DNA from: Corallochytrium limacisporum Hawaii
Lineage: Eukaryota; Protista; Pluriformea
Reading direction: 5' to 3'
DNA length: 64,000 bases
Assembly: GCA_002811645.1 (NCBI GenBank)
Contig: PDIP01000034.1
Location: 117,216 to 181,215, forward strand
Shown in pieces: positions 1 to 12,432 of this stretch. The translations under genes were made by a program, and so were the position numbers. Every line of letters begins with the position of its first letter. The first letter of the stretch is position 1. The notes below the pieces were generated by a model that was not told the origin of the DNA, searched no databases, and worked only from the letters and a program-made list of their open reading frames with translations.

Positions 1-235
1 CCCCCCGTTGTGCAAGTGATGATGACAACACAGACAGGGTCGTCCTCCACTGCTTCCGTCCTTTCAACCAACCACCGCCAGCAGCAGAGGCAGCAGCAGC
101 AGAGAGATGTGATCCTCCTCCACCACCCCCTCTTCGCCCGTTTTCGTTGGCCCCTTTGTGCTGTGTGGTACAGACACACCACCGCCACCTCCATTGGTTC
201 CCATTTATTAACGAACTCCTTTACAAGAGGGACTT

Positions 236-325
236 TTGATGATGATCATCATGCATGATGATGATGGTGATGATGATGACGATGAGCAGCAGCAGCAGCA
301 GCAGCCGCCGCAGCCGCAGCATCAT
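236..325. repeat. Compound (GAT)n/(CAG)n trinucleotide microsatellite
   Basis: gatgatgat... followed by cagcagcag... Confidence 0.85.
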
Positions 326-560
326 GCATGTATGGATGGGTTCGGTTGGGGTTTGTCTATCAACACACAACAAATATTCCCAGCTCTCACTAAGAACGAA
401 GGTAAAAACGACGGAGGAGGAGAGGAGCGACACCGGCGGTCAGGGGGGAGGGGGAGAGAAGGAGGGGAATGAAAACAGGCACAATTTTTTTTAACATGTT
501 TGGAAAGACCGATAGGCGACAAGAGAGAGACAGGGGGCGAGGTTAAGGCGGAACAGCCAC

Positions 561-660
561 AGAGAGAGAGAGAGAGAGAGAAACAGAGAGAGTTGCGTTG
601 CGTGTTTTGTGTGTGCCTTTTTGCTGCTGACTTGGCCAAAGCACACACACACACACACAC
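561..660. repeat. (AG)n and (CA)n microsatellites
   Basis: (AG)10 at 561-580 and a (CA) run at about 642-660. Confidence 0.9.
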
Positions 661-3479
661 GCACGTAGCCTCAGCATGCCCTCCTGGCCCCTCTACTGTC
701 CGGCTGAAATGTTCGTTTTGTACGCGCAAGCGAGTTTTCTGTTTTGGGCCTCTCTCACTCTCTCTCTGTGTCGCTCCTGCTCAAAAGCCGCCCGGCTCTG
801 TGTGTGTGCGTGTGTGTGCTCTGCCGACGGTGCCATTCATTCAAAATCGCGGGTTTTTGGGTGATTTCTGCGAAACCCTTACTCTCTCCTGGTGCCTGTG
901 TCGTTGTGTACTGGACGAACTCTTAGAACTCTCACTCTCTCTCTCTGTTGGGGGGGGGGATGATGAAATCCCACTCGCCAGTTCCACCAAAACCCAACCC
1001 CCGAACACCGGGCCAAAAAAAAAATGTGAGAGAGAGAGAACATTGAGCAAAAAATGGGAGAAAAGAGGGAGCAGATGCTGCACTGGCCCCGTACGGACGC
1101 AAACCAAACCCAAGAAAAAATAGTAGAAAATACAAAAAAAAATGAAAAAAATGAAAACCAATTAAACCCCCCAAAAGACAACACACACACTCAACCAAGT
1201 AATTGATGGCAGCAGTAGTTGTTCGTAGATAGTAAGTAGTAGACTTGGTGGTGGTGGGATAGAACCAATAGAACACTACTACTGCGAATTAAAAGGTAAT
1301 TGGAAGACAATCAATCAAAGAATAAAAGAAAAGGAAATCAAGGAAGAAGAGATGAATTTTGGGCCCAGACAAATCCCCCGCCTGCTAAAAGTGGGGTGAA
1401 GTCAGAGAGTTAACGTTCCTTTTTCCTTTATATTTTCCCCTTTGTAACAAGAATTGGTGTTCTTTGCTTTTTTTTTCCTCTTGGGCTGTGTGTGTGCTCT
1501 TTTTGCTTTTTTGCCTTGGGTGCCTTGCTTTGCTTTTACTTTGCTTTGCTTTCACGGGCGAGGTGGGTGTCCAACCAGCCCCGCTGTATCACACTCTTGT
1601 GCCTCCTCCCTCCCCCCTCTCTTTGCCGCCGCCGTGGTTCGGGGTCTGCTGATGGTTTATTTTTCGGGCCGCCAATTCTGCCGAACATACGCACACTCCC
1701 CGGGTCTCCCTCGCCCTCTCTCTGTACCTGTTTTCCTTGCTTACCTGTGGTGTCACCGCATAGTTCATGCTTACTGGCGCTACTGAATCTGTGGATGGAA
1801 GGCGATAACAAAAAAAAACAATAACCACCAACCCCTCCCTTTCTCGCCAAAAAGAAAAATTAACTCAACAACAACAACCAAGAAAAAAAGCCAAATAGAA
1901 ATACCCGAGTCTTTTGTATAGCCCGCCGAGAGAGAGAGAGAGCACAGCGAGTAGGGACGCGTGCAAGGGGATCGGCTTTGGTTGTAGATCATTGTCACCG
2001 TAAGAAAAACCAAAGAAAGAGGGGGAAAACTTCTAATCAGTCCTTCGCCATCAGCAAACTTGCGTGATTTTTCAAGTTTTTCTTTGTATTTTTTATTGGG
2101 GTTTTTGACAGCCTTCTCCCCGGGGGGGAGTAGTCCTCCAAGAAGAAGGAAGGAACGAACACACACAACACACGCACTTGCGTACTAACTACTACCAATA
2201 CCCTTCGGTAGCGGCCAAATTGTGCAGAGTTTGAGGGAGGGGGGGGTGGTGGACAAACCCTCTCCCCCACCCAACACTGAGAGAACACGAGGCTTTGGGG
2301 CCGACGAATTTTACGAACGACCGGCGGAGGAGGGAGGCAAGAGAAGTACCAGTGCTGCTGCTGCTGCTGGTCTTTGACGTGGGATTATGACTAACCTTTT
2401 CGGCGGTGGGTGATTAGCACCCCAGTCCCAAAAAATGAAATTCAAAAAGGGGAAATGGGGGAAAAAGTGAGAAACCCCCCTCTCCCCAGACACCAAATTT
2501 CGTACCTGCCAGTGTCCCCAAACATACCACACCACACACTCTCTCTCTCTCTTTCTTTATCTATCTAACCCCTTCTTCACACACCGCACAACATTCCTTT
2601 GGTCCCCTCCCCCCGGGGGAGAAGGGGGAGGGGGGGGGGCCAGAGAAATTAGAAATCCCGGCCAGGAAAATTAGGCGATGCCGCGGCGTTAGAGAAAGGA
2701 AAGAAAGGAAGGGCAAAAAGAAAAGAGTGAGAACAACAGAAGAGGAGAGGGGAGGGGAAGTGGCTGGTAAAGGGCCCAGGCGAACCAGTACCGAACGGAG
2801 CTTTTTATTTGTCTTGTCTTCTCTGTCTTCCATTCTCTCAACTTTTGGCTTTTTCCATTTTTTTTCCCTTTCAATTTTCTCCCCTTTTTTCCCTTGGGCC
2901 CTTTCTTCTCTCTTTTCGTTGTGGTGAGAGGCCGGGGAAGGCCCCTCACGCCTGGGGCGGAGTGGAGGATTTTTCGGAGCTTCAATTTTTATATTTCCGT
3001 ATATTATTATCAGTCCACTATTCCTTGTTTATAATATTAGATATGAGGGTGCTGTGGGATGATTGCATAATAAGTATATTGAATCTCTCCAATGTTCAGA
3101 GGTCTTGTCAGTCCGGACGCGGAGAGGAATTCATCTAGATAGCGGATACAATAGCGGATACAATTGATGATGACTATCCCATCCATCAACATGCACTTGC
3201 ATGATTGGAAAAAGACCTGGTATGATTTCTTGCGGACACGCTATCAAGTTCTTAATGTGTAAACAATCGAATAACCCTTTTTAATTGTGAATAGGAAAAC
3301 AGGTGGGTTCTCACATGTCGGGACCGGAAACCCACAGGAGCTGAAAAAGTGCTGATCAGTGCCATTGCCATGAGCACCATAGGATTTCCGAGGTGCAATG
3401 ATTATCTTGTCCTTTCCTTCTTCTCCTCCATTCATGAATAGTCGGTTGCTGGATGTTTCAGTGTCACTATCACTAATTT

Positions 3480-5864
3480 CTAGCCAGATCGCAAATACTT
3501 GAATTCGTGCCGACTCAAAATGTGCTCCAGATCCGGGTCCGCAAAAAAGATCCGGTGCATGTCCAGGAGAATGGTACGCAGGGTGTCGTGAAACTTGTCC
3601 ACGTCAGTTTCACTGCTGCGTGTGAAGGCTGTAAGATGGAACCAGAGTCGGTCCTCCGCAACAATGTACGCGCAGCCGTATCCGTCCTCGTCCTGGGGAC
3701 TGAAGCCACCGCCGAGGGTGCCGAATGCCGGAGTCTGTGATGTGGACAGGCGGAAGGGTAGGTTGTATGCAGTGTCCGTGAACATTGCCGGACTCTCTAC
3801 CCCCGCCGACGCGGCCAGGATCTGCAGACCCATGAGGTGCCGGTCAAAACCTTCACCGTTTGTGGCGAGGCGCATATTGCGCGCGTGGGCACTGGATGCT
3901 TCTTTGAGTAGATTCAGGCGCTCGTAGTCGCTCACTCCGGGTTCCTCCATGGCCTGGCAAAAGGCTGCAAGTTCCGGCGTGAGGCTTCGGACAGTTTCGG
4001 TGCGGCCATGGTGGAAGGAAATGGTGGCCGCAGATTCATAGGTGAGGGTCAGGCTGCCATGGAGGCGGTAGTAGGTCAGTTGCAGCGCGGCCTGGCAGAA
4101 GGCATCCGGACTGACCCGGACGCCCTTGATAATGTTCTTGCCAAAGGTATTGAACTGCAGTACCTTACCCTGGACCACGCGCGTGAGTTCCATGAGCCGC
4201 TTGTGGGCCCGGTGGATCGATTGCCGGATAGGCGGGGTTAGGTGCCACTTGAGTTCGGACAGGACGCCAGCATCATCAAAGACAATCGAATTATCTACTG
4301 TAAAGTCACTGCCCGACTCGATACTAAAAGCAAATTCCGTCATGTAGATCATGATCAGTGGGTCGCACCACGTGTGGTCGACATTCATCACCAGTCGCCC
4401 GTTACCGAAAAAGACAATGTTGAAGTTCTTGTCAAACCAGAGGGCACGACCCTCGCGATGCATAGCCAGGCGCTGCATATCTTCGACATCTTCCGGACAC
4501 TCGTCGTCGAGGACCACCACAAAGAGCGCGCTTTCGATAGCGTCCAGCGTATCGTGGTTGGTCTTGTCCACGGACAACAGTGACTTGCGCATTTTTGCCC
4601 ATTCGCTGCGATTGCCCGAGGTCAAGGCCGCAACGGGATACGTCTTGGAATTTCCATTCGATCGACGATGCCTGGCCACGTTCTTCTTGATCTTCTCCAA
4701 TTCGAATCGAATCTCCCGGTTCGTTAGCTGCGTGCCGTCAGAGTGCCACAGGTTCAAACGGAAATAGTTCTCTTCGTAGATTACCACAATGTGACGGCTG
4801 TTGGAGTACGTCACCAGGTAATCTTGGGGGTCATCCGGAATACGAACGGTGCCAAAGATCCGGCTGAACTGCCACATACACAGAGGGATCGTTCCTTGAA
4901 CGCGGTTCGGTTCCAGCTGTTCCGTATCGACCAGGCGCTTGTACTTAAGAATGGCCGTGATCATATTGGCAGCCCGACTTGTCTGGTTCCGGACCACGGG
5001 TTCGATGCGGTCCAGGCAGTACCAATTTGAGTAGATCGGCAGCGGCGTCCTCGACCCGAGATAGACAATATTTTCCCACCAATCCAGCAGCCAGGACGTG
5101 GTACTTTGCCTCGCCCGTTGCTGCAGCGCCCGCTGCAGCTGCTTGCCCACGCCTACCCGGAACTCCTCCACTCGCTCCTTGGTCATAGAGTACTCTTCCG
5201 GTCGGAGCAAAGGTTTCACACTAGTCAGGTATCGGTCCAAAGATTCATTTAGATTGGGCACCGGCAGCGCAGGGAGAGCAGGCTGCAGTTCCCAAAGCTT
5301 GGGTTGCGGGCCCCCAAGCATGCGCGCAAGTGTCAGGTGGATGCGCGCAGACCAGGAATTCGGGGCGTAGACCCACCGCCGGTACATGAGCAGGAGCCGG
5401 AGTAGGTGCAGTCGGATCCAGAGTAGGGCCGTGACCGCAATGCCAAAGACCCAGTTGATGGCACTGGTGGCAATGGCCCTGGGCAGTCCAAAGCAGAGGG
5501 CTCCTATCAGGCCAAAGATGGTCCACAGTGGCCGCAGGGGCCCCACCTCACCGGTTGGTGGCGATGACATTGTGCTCAAGGTGGATGTGTTCTGGTTTGG
5601 TTCTTTTCTTAGTTCTGGGTGTTGGTGACCAATGGGAGGTGCTGAAGATGACCGAGTACCAGTAGCAACAGAGGTGTTGGGCCTGCTTGTGTTCCGCGGT
5701 CCTGGATGATAATTGTGTCTTGCTATGGAAGAGCCTGGACGCTGTCGGTGATGATGGCGAGAATGATGCTGATGGTGGATATGGTGATGCTGACGATGCT
5801 CGTGGTGGTAGTGCGGGCGGGACGTGGCGTGCAGATCGCTATGGGACTGAAGTATACTAAACAT
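3480..5864 (-). CDS. CPT1: Carnitine O-palmitoyltransferase 1-like (choline/carnitine acyltransferase family)
   Basis: 794-aa ORF with LPALPVP..L..YL, WLLDWW, PLCMWQF, catalytic-His motif DHTWCD, SPDAFCQAALQL, TYESA...FHHGRTETVRS, GFDRHL and LSTSQTP. Two N-terminal hydrophobic segments as in CPT1, preceded by a His-rich low-complexity extension. Confidence 0.9.
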   Translation of the reverse strand: MFSILQSHSDLHATSRPHYHHEHRQHHHIHHQHHSRHHHRQRPGSSIARHNYHPGPRNTSRPNTSVATGTRSSSAPPIGHQHPELRKEPNQNTSTLSTMSSPPTGEVGPLRPLWTIFGLIGALCFGLPRAIATSAINWVFGIAVTALLWIRLHLLRLLLMYRRWVYAPNSWSARIHLTLARMLGGPQPKLWELQPALPALPVPNLNESLDRYLTSVKPLLRPEEYSMTKERVEEFRVGVGKQLQRALQQRARQSTTSWLLDWWENIVYLGSRTPLPIYSNWYCLDRIEPVVRNQTSRAANMITAILKYKRLVDTEQLEPNRVQGTIPLCMWQFSRIFGTVRIPDDPQDYLVTYSNSRHIVVIYEENYFRLNLWHSDGTQLTNREIRFELEKIKKNVARHRRSNGNSKTYPVAALTSGNRSEWAKMRKSLLSVDKTNHDTLDAIESALFVVVLDDECPEDVEDMQRLAMHREGRALWFDKNFNIVFFGNGRLVMNVDHTWCDPLIMIYMTEFAFSIESGSDFTVDNSIVFDDAGVLSELKWHLTPPIRQSIHRAHKRLMELTRVVQGKVLQFNTFGKNIIKGVRVSPDAFCQAALQLTYYRLHGSLTLTYESAATISFHHGRTETVRSLTPELAAFCQAMEEPGVSDYERLNLLKEASSAHARNMRLATNGEGFDRHLMGLQILAASAGVESPAMFTDTAYNLPFRLSTSQTPAFGTLGGGFSPQDEDGYGCAYIVAEDRLWFHLTAFTRSSETDVDKFHDTLRTILLDMHRIFFADPDLEHILSRHEFKYLRSG

Positions 5865-8830
5865 GTACTAATCGAAGTTCCTCCCGGGACGTCCTTCTGT
5901 CTGGTTTAAGTGTACTAGCCTCTATCAATTCTCTTACGGAGATCCCCGTCTTGGATGGGGTCCGCTTTATGCCATCATGACTATTCTTTTCCCGCTGTCG
6001 TGTCTCTCTCTCTCTTTTGGTGCGTGATTTGCCTCGTTTGTTGCAGTAGTCTCCTTCTTTTTCCCGAGTTCAGCCTTGTTCGCGGTAGAAGTAATCTTGC
6101 AATCGTACCCCGACTGCTATTCGTCCGCCTTTCTCTCTTTACACGGTGAACATATCAAGCATGGTACGAAATACTAACAGGATGTGTCAGGTGTCGCCTT
6201 CGACCTCGATCATTGAACGTCTGGATACGAAACATTGCAAATGAATACGACCTGTGCGCTTGAAGTACCATTGCATTCTTGAACAGCAGCCACGTCTCCT
6301 GCTCTCCCCACTCTCTCTCTCTCTCTCCACTTTTCTTGCCGGTACCCCCCCCCTCTCTCACTCAACTCGCTGTCATGTTTAATATTGCGCGCTAAGAATA
6401 AAGCAACCGGATCAGAGGCGTGCACGATCGGAACAACAATGCGTGAATTGTCGGAATTCTCAATATGCCAACACACACCCACGCACACTGGGGAAGCAGG
6501 GGGGGGCGAGGGGGGTGTCTTTGCCACTCGGGTCGACAGTTCGTTCCGTGGTTACAAGTCATTCATTCTCCAATGTGAACGAACTTCCCCGCTTTTCCCT
6601 GGCCCGTTGACCTCCAGCCACCTTGCCGTACGCTCTGGACCTCGAGGCGGGCAGAACCGCGTCATGATAGGTCCACATAAGCACATGCACAGACATACTG
6701 AGCTGGTTGATGTCACAGTTTCTTTGGTGAATGATCTTTCAACGAACGAATTTAGGGAAACGAACGAAAAAAAAAGTTAGTGATTTATGCTCCCCTCGCG
6801 GACGTCGAATCCTGCGGCAAAGAATCTGCAGCACCCGGATCCGGCACGGTTAGTCAATCGGTACGGTCCGTCCGTCCGTGCGTCCGTGCAGGCTCACTGC
6901 ACACCGCACGGTGGCGAAGTGTAATTTAGACGTGGAAAGGACACACACACACACACACACCGTGTTGTTGCAAGATGATTTCGGGTCTCATCCCATCTCA
7001 TCAGATCGCTCTTGCACTGCGATTAAACCTCCCCGGCGCACCTGGTACTGCGCTATCAAAAGACCCCGCATACCGCGAAAGTGATCGCTAATCAGAACGA
7101 CGGCGCTTACCACTGCCCTCAACTGAACACACCTTTGCACAATGTGGGCCCACGCTCTTCTACCGCAGGATGAAAGGAGCGGCACGGTTGAGTTCTTACG
7201 ATCGCATATGGCATGGCGATGGATGTTGAATGCGATGGCCCCCCTTCCCACTGTGGGTGGTAGCCACCTCGGGTGTCATTGTTTCGTGGTCGGCAACGAC
7301 ATGTCTCCTCTTTGGCCCACACAGCAGCACACACCGCAGTCACCGTACAGAAAGAAAGGAAAATCGGAACGTTGTAACCCGCGATGCGTGTCCCCGCAAT
7401 CAAACAGAGGGCAACAGGAGGAGATTAGCCGACGCAAAAAGCAAACGCAGGAAAAAAAAGGAAAAACACACCACAGGAAATTCGATACCCGTCCTATACA
7501 AATACTGAATGTACCAAACAAAATTTACTATTTTCTGGAATCTGGGGCGGGTGGGGAGGTACTGGTGCGAGCTTGTGTGAATCACGTGGCCTGCGAGCTG
7601 CTGAAACGCAAGGGGTCTTACGTTTTCCCGGCCCCCCCCTGCTCCCACATCCTCCTCCCTTCGGCAGCTTCCCTCTTTGGAGGGTCGTCCCCGGTTCTCA
7701 GTTCATTATGAATTTGGGTGCCGATTTTCCATGGAAACTTTCTTCTTTTTTTTTTTGGGTTGGTATGCCCTCCTGGCTCTTTCACTCTCGATCTCTGCCG
7801 GTTCCCCGATTTTCCTCTTTTTCTTTTCTTTGGGTTGGTAGTTTTCCTTTTTGATACGGGCCAAGGCCAAGTGGCTTTTTCGACTGGACCGGGGTGGGGG
7901 GGGGGCCCGCGTTGAGGAAGGAACAATGACTCCTCCAAGTCCGCACCCTTTTTTTTTCGGCCCCCTCCCGGGGGGAGGGGGGAGCGGCGGGCAAATGGGG
8001 GGCCTCATTTTGCCGCTGGTTTGCGTCCCTCAACCCCAACTCCCTCCTTCTCATCACACTTCAGTCTCTGCTGTCCCCAGAAGAAACGACCGGGTTTTCA
8101 TCCGGTCTCGGTGCGATGATACTAAATGGCAGCGCATTGACAGGGGACGGCTAATATGGCTGCGAGTGGTTGGACCGTCCCCGCTGGCTTTTGCGCATTT
8201 CTCTATGCTGGTGGTTTTCTGAGGGTCCCACCGGCGGACAAACACCCCCCCGCGGGGGAGCTCAACACTGGCTCGTTCCTTGGTTCACTTCCCATTGTGC
8301 ACGGAGACTGGGAGTCTAATTTCCCCGGCCCCGAACACCGACCCCCGGCGTCCGGTTGGTATTTAGTTTATTTAATGATCGGGATGCGGTTAGGTTTCAG
8401 TTTTATTTTGGAAGGCGAGGCAAAAGGGGGGGGGCTGGAGCTGCGCTTGAAGAGCCACACAGTCTCCTCCAGGTCTCAGTGCGCTCTCCGGGTTCCCCCC
8501 CCCCTTGACGGGAGACCCAGTATTGGAGCGAAAACAATGAATGACTGCGAAGCTCCACTCAGGGTGTTGTGGTAGTACTTTGAGTATCTTGCATTATTGA
8601 AATAGGGACCAGGAAGAACATAGGGTACTTAGATATACTGATGAAGAGTACCTCTGGACTGACATATGTATGCATGAATCTACTGGATTATTTTGGTTTG
8701 AACAACTCCCGGTGATTCCGCAGATCAGAGAGAGGCACTGTAGTCATGAAGGTCGCTTAGACTCGGGATAGGTAGTGAGCGACATACCAGTTTTGTAAAT
8801 TATTGTTTTTATTGGGCCGTAGTGACCAAC

Positions 8831-9925
8831 ATGTCTGCTCAACCTCAGGCAACGTTGAGTGCGAACCTGCACCCGTTGGTGCTGATCAATATCAGTGACC
8901 ACTGGACCATGTCCAACGCGAATGAACGGAATATTCTGGCAGTTCGAGGTGCTCTGTACGGCCGTACCAAGGGCAGTGAAATTGAAATCTGTAACTGTTT
9001 TGCCGTTCCCTTCTCAGGACCCAGCGGCACCAAGAACGGAGAGATTGACCTCGACTGGTTCAATGTCAAGCAAGAACAGTTCAAGAAGGTATTCCCCGAT
9101 CTGGAACTGATCGGCCACTACGTCGCTGGCAGCTTTGAACAGCCCTTCGTCCTGACTCAACAGGAGAGCATCAGTAAAATGGTGGAGCAAGGCACATCTA
9201 GTCCACTACTGGCTCTACACTTTGACACGGACGAATTCCAGGAGCAGGCAGCGGCGACGTCGCTCGGTACGCATCCGGACCAGGCCAGTGCGGGCAAGAC
9301 ACAGGTGAGCGAGATAACTGAACTACCGATCCACGTCTACGAAGTGCAGAAACGGAGAGCAACTGCGACAGCAGCAGGAAGCAGCACTGGGACTGCCACC
9401 AACACCACTGACCAGGGATCAGATGTGCTGGTCAAGATAAAGTATCGCCTGGTCAGTGAAGACTCGGAGGGATTGGCAGTGCAACACCTGCAGACCATGC
9501 GCGGACAGAGTTACGATGGTAGTACTCAGGCGGACAGTAAATCTGTGGTTGCTGAACAGCTGCAGACGCAGTACAATGCCATCAAGGCCTTGTACGACCG
9601 CATTACGTACGTAAAGAGTTACCTGAATGCCGTCAAATCTGGGCAATTGCCTGCCAATCGCGGGATGCTAAGGCAAATCAACGGTACTGTGGGCAATATT
9701 CCCGCACTGGACACTACTGAATTCACCAGTGAGGTACTTCAGGAGTACAACGATGTTCTGCTTACCACGTATCTCAGCCTGATGACCTCGGGATGCGGCC
9801 AGATTGATAGTTTGATATCCCATGTAAACACGATCCAGGACCGAACGGGAAGCGCCGGTGTGGGAGGCAGTACCATGGGTGGGCATCAGACCAGTGGCAT
9901 GGCGCCGGGTACGTTCATGCGCTGA
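8831..9925 (+). CDS. COPS6: COP9 signalosome subunit 6 (MPN- domain)
   Basis: LHPLVLINISDHWT, QEQFKKVFPDLELIGHY, EYNDVLLTTYL; no JAMM metal-binding motif. First ATG at 8831 (aacATG). Confidence 0.88.
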   Translation: MSAQPQATLSANLHPLVLINISDHWTMSNANERNILAVRGALYGRTKGSEIEICNCFAVPFSGPSGTKNGEIDLDWFNVKQEQFKKVFPDLELIGHYVAGSFEQPFVLTQQESISKMVEQGTSSPLLALHFDTDEFQEQAAATSLGTHPDQASAGKTQVSEITELPIHVYEVQKRRATATAAGSSTGTATNTTDQGSDVLVKIKYRLVSEDSEGLAVQHLQTMRGQSYDGSTQADSKSVVAEQLQTQYNAIKALYDRITYVKSYLNAVKSGQLPANRGMLRQINGTVGNIPALDTTEFTSEVLQEYNDVLLTTYLSLMTSGCGQIDSLISHVNTIQDRTGSAGVGGSTMGGHQTSGMAPGTFMR

Positions 9926-10211
9926 GATCGTGAGATTCATCGGTCACTACCGAACTTTGTGTTCTCTTACACACCCTACGAAATCAACCGTGCCCCCTGC
10001 CAACCTCAAAAATATAGGACTTAGAATAGAGAAGCGGTTAGCTCAACGATGAAAAACTCACCCTTTACTGACTTTGTTTTGGATACTCTTACATGGAATT
10101 TTGTGTCCGTGGTAGACTGTATGAGATGTGATTCTTTGTCAAGTAGAACCAGGATCTCGGGCACTGATCGGGTTCATCAATGAATGATCATGGAACACCA
10201 AACCCGGACAC

Positions 10212-11705
10212 TTAATGCTTGTCCAGTCGACACAATGGGCTTTGCATGACCATGTCCAGATTCACCTTGTAACCCATTAGTTCGCGAATGTTGCTGATGC
10301 CGTATTTGATCATTGTCGGCCGCTCCAGACTCAGACCCCAGCCCAGTACACTAACCTCTTTCGGAATACCCATGGGTTCCACCATCTCCGGACGGAAGAC
10401 CCCACTGTTGCCGACTTCGACCCACTTCTTGAGTCCCGGATGATAGGCAAAGATTTCCATGCTGGGCTCTGTGTACGGGTTGTAGGCCGGCTTGAAGCGC
10501 AGCTGACCCAGACCGAGACGCTCGTAGAACTTCTGCAGCACTCCGATCAAATGAGCCAATGTGATACCGTAATCGGCCACCACACCTTCGATCTGGTGGA
10601 ATTCCGCGAGATGGGTCGCGTCCAAGGTTTCATTGCGGAATACGCGGTCGATGGAGAAGAGCTTGCGGCCACGGAAGGGCTGTTCCTGGCCCATTTTGTA
10701 GAGCATGCGCGCACTGATAGCGGTAGTGTGGGTGCGGAGCACGTTGCGTTCCGTCTCCTCGCGATGCCACGGAGCGCGGTAGCCGATCGATCCGTAGTCG
10801 CCATTCTCGTGGGTGTTGTGCACCCGTTTGAGATAGTCTTCTGGAAATTCGTTTGACCGTTCTGGGTCCTTCAGGAAGAACGTATCGTGATCGTCACGGG
10901 CAGGGTGTTTCTGGGGTACGTAGAGTGTGTCAAAGTTCCAGAAACTGCTCTCGACGTACTGCTGGGTGTTCATTTCTTCAAAGCCCATCTCCAGGAAGAT
11001 CTCGCGGAATTCCTGGCGCACTTTCATAAGGGGATGTAGATGACCAGTCTCCACGGGCACACCCATGGCATCAAAGTTGTACGGCTTGAAAGTCTTAGAC
11101 TTCCATTCCCCATTGGCCAACATGTCCGAGGTCAACTCCGTCTCTGGTTTTTCCAATTTTGTTGTGAAGTTGGGTCCTTTGGCCACGCTGAAGAAGGTGA
11201 TGTTCTCCTGGGCCACCAACTTACGCTTCTTCATGTCCTTCAGTTCTCCGTCAGCAACTGGCTGGCCGGCCGCGACTTTCTGACACAAGTCCCTAACCGG
11301 ATCAGTAGTCACAGAGTCCATTGAGCGTTTAATCACAGGTGCACCTCCACTCTTATCAATAGACACCCACTTAGCCTGCATCGCCTTGGCCATGCCGACC
11401 TTCGCCCACGGCCCGAGCTTCATAAGATCGGATTGAGCCATGCCGGCAGCACCTACTGCATCCCACACGCGCTTCTCATGGCTTCCCTCAGCAGCGATCT
11501 GCTGACCCTCAGCAGTCAAAGTCCAACGTGTCTCTTTCTTTGTGTCCGACAGAACAAGACCCTCGAAGGCATTCTCTAGAGACTTCAGTGCTCCGACCAT
11601 AACCTGGTGATCGACTCCGGCCGACTGGGCTAGGGAAATAGTTGAGTCCACATTGCCCTGGCTGTCCAGGGTCTGCAGAATTGTCTGCTGCAGATCTTCT
11701 GCCAT
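10212..11705 (-). CDS. FARSA: Cytoplasmic phenylalanyl-tRNA synthetase alpha subunit
   Basis: GHLHPLMKVR, FWNFD..PQKHPARDDHDTFF, LRTHTT, DRVFRNETLDATHLAEFHQIEG, PAYNPYTEPSME, GWGLSLERPTMIKY. Confidence 0.97.
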   Translation of the reverse strand: MAEDLQQTILQTLDSQGNVDSTISLAQSAGVDHQVMVGALKSLENAFEGLVLSDTKKETRWTLTAEGQQIAAEGSHEKRVWDAVGAAGMAQSDLMKLGPWAKVGMAKAMQAKWVSIDKSGGAPVIKRSMDSVTTDPVRDLCQKVAAGQPVADGELKDMKKRKLVAQENITFFSVAKGPNFTTKLEKPETELTSDMLANGEWKSKTFKPYNFDAMGVPVETGHLHPLMKVRQEFREIFLEMGFEEMNTQQYVESSFWNFDTLYVPQKHPARDDHDTFFLKDPERSNEFPEDYLKRVHNTHENGDYGSIGYRAPWHREETERNVLRTHTTAISARMLYKMGQEQPFRGRKLFSIDRVFRNETLDATHLAEFHQIEGVVADYGITLAHLIGVLQKFYERLGLGQLRFKPAYNPYTEPSMEIFAYHPGLKKWVEVGNSGVFRPEMVEPMGIPKEVSVLGWGLSLERPTMIKYGISNIRELMGYKVNLDMVMQSPLCRLDKH

Positions 11706-12432
11706 GTTCTACTTTTCGTTTCTTTTAGACTTTACACTCTGTGTGCGTCTATGATCCCTAGTAACTCTTGAACCAAATTCTAGAGTTTGATTCCGAGACA
11801 AATAGGTCTCCTTGATCGTTCCCGAAACCACTTCTATGTTTTCTCTCGCGGATTGATTTAAAGCTGTATTTACAATATCGTACACATCAAATGAACCACT
11901 CCAAATAGCTCACCACAAGAGCTTCGACATATCCACAGCGACCCTTGGGCTTAAAGCCAACCCTGGCCTGTTTCGCCGTTGGTCTTGAGTGTTTTGGCCC
12001 TGGCGGTGTTTTGCCCTCCCAGCCACAGGCCCCCCGGGAGGGGGGGTCTCACCCACACTGCAAAGAGCCCCTTGTCAGCACTCTGGCTCTTTCGCAGTGG
12101 CTAGGGGGCTGTTTATGCACAAACCCCCCCCCCCCCCTTCCTTCGCTCCCACCGGCCCTCGGCTCCAGATCGCTTCCCCGGGACTACTTTCTCTGCCTGG
12201 CTGACCGGCTCGGCACTTCCCCCTAACAAAGGACCACGAGGGTGAGTGTGCCACTGCCGGAGGAGAAGGGAGGCGGGAGGGGACTGCTGGAAGAGCAACA
12301 AAAATGGGATGCGTCCGTCGGGCAGGAACGGCTGGTGATAGAGCTATTTCATGGAAGCCGGTCTTGATTTTGGTTCAAGCGACTTGTACTTTGTTCAATG
12401 AACCAGTGATTTAAGTTCATCAAAGTCCAACG

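Noticed and set aside
3139-3164. 12-bp tandem duplication ATAGCGGATACA (a similar one lies at about 26706)
   Set aside because: Simple slippage duplications, not CRISPR arrays or target-site duplications.
1-3200. Many 60-200 aa ORFs, including poly-Q/poly-D ones
   Set aside because: They are translations of microsatellites and homopolymers with no coding signal. A gene tail entering from the left edge cannot be excluded.
8636-8665. TGATGA...CTGA C/D-box-like pair
   Set aside because: Spacing of about 20 nt is too short and there is no terminal stem.
5900-8800. Short ORFs between CPT1 and COPS6
   Set aside because: Low-complexity G/C/T-run DNA, mostly non-ATG starts, no recognisable domains.
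10030-10100. GCGGTTAGCTCA resembling a tRNA 5' end
   Set aside because: No T-loop (GTTCRA) or cloverleaf follows.
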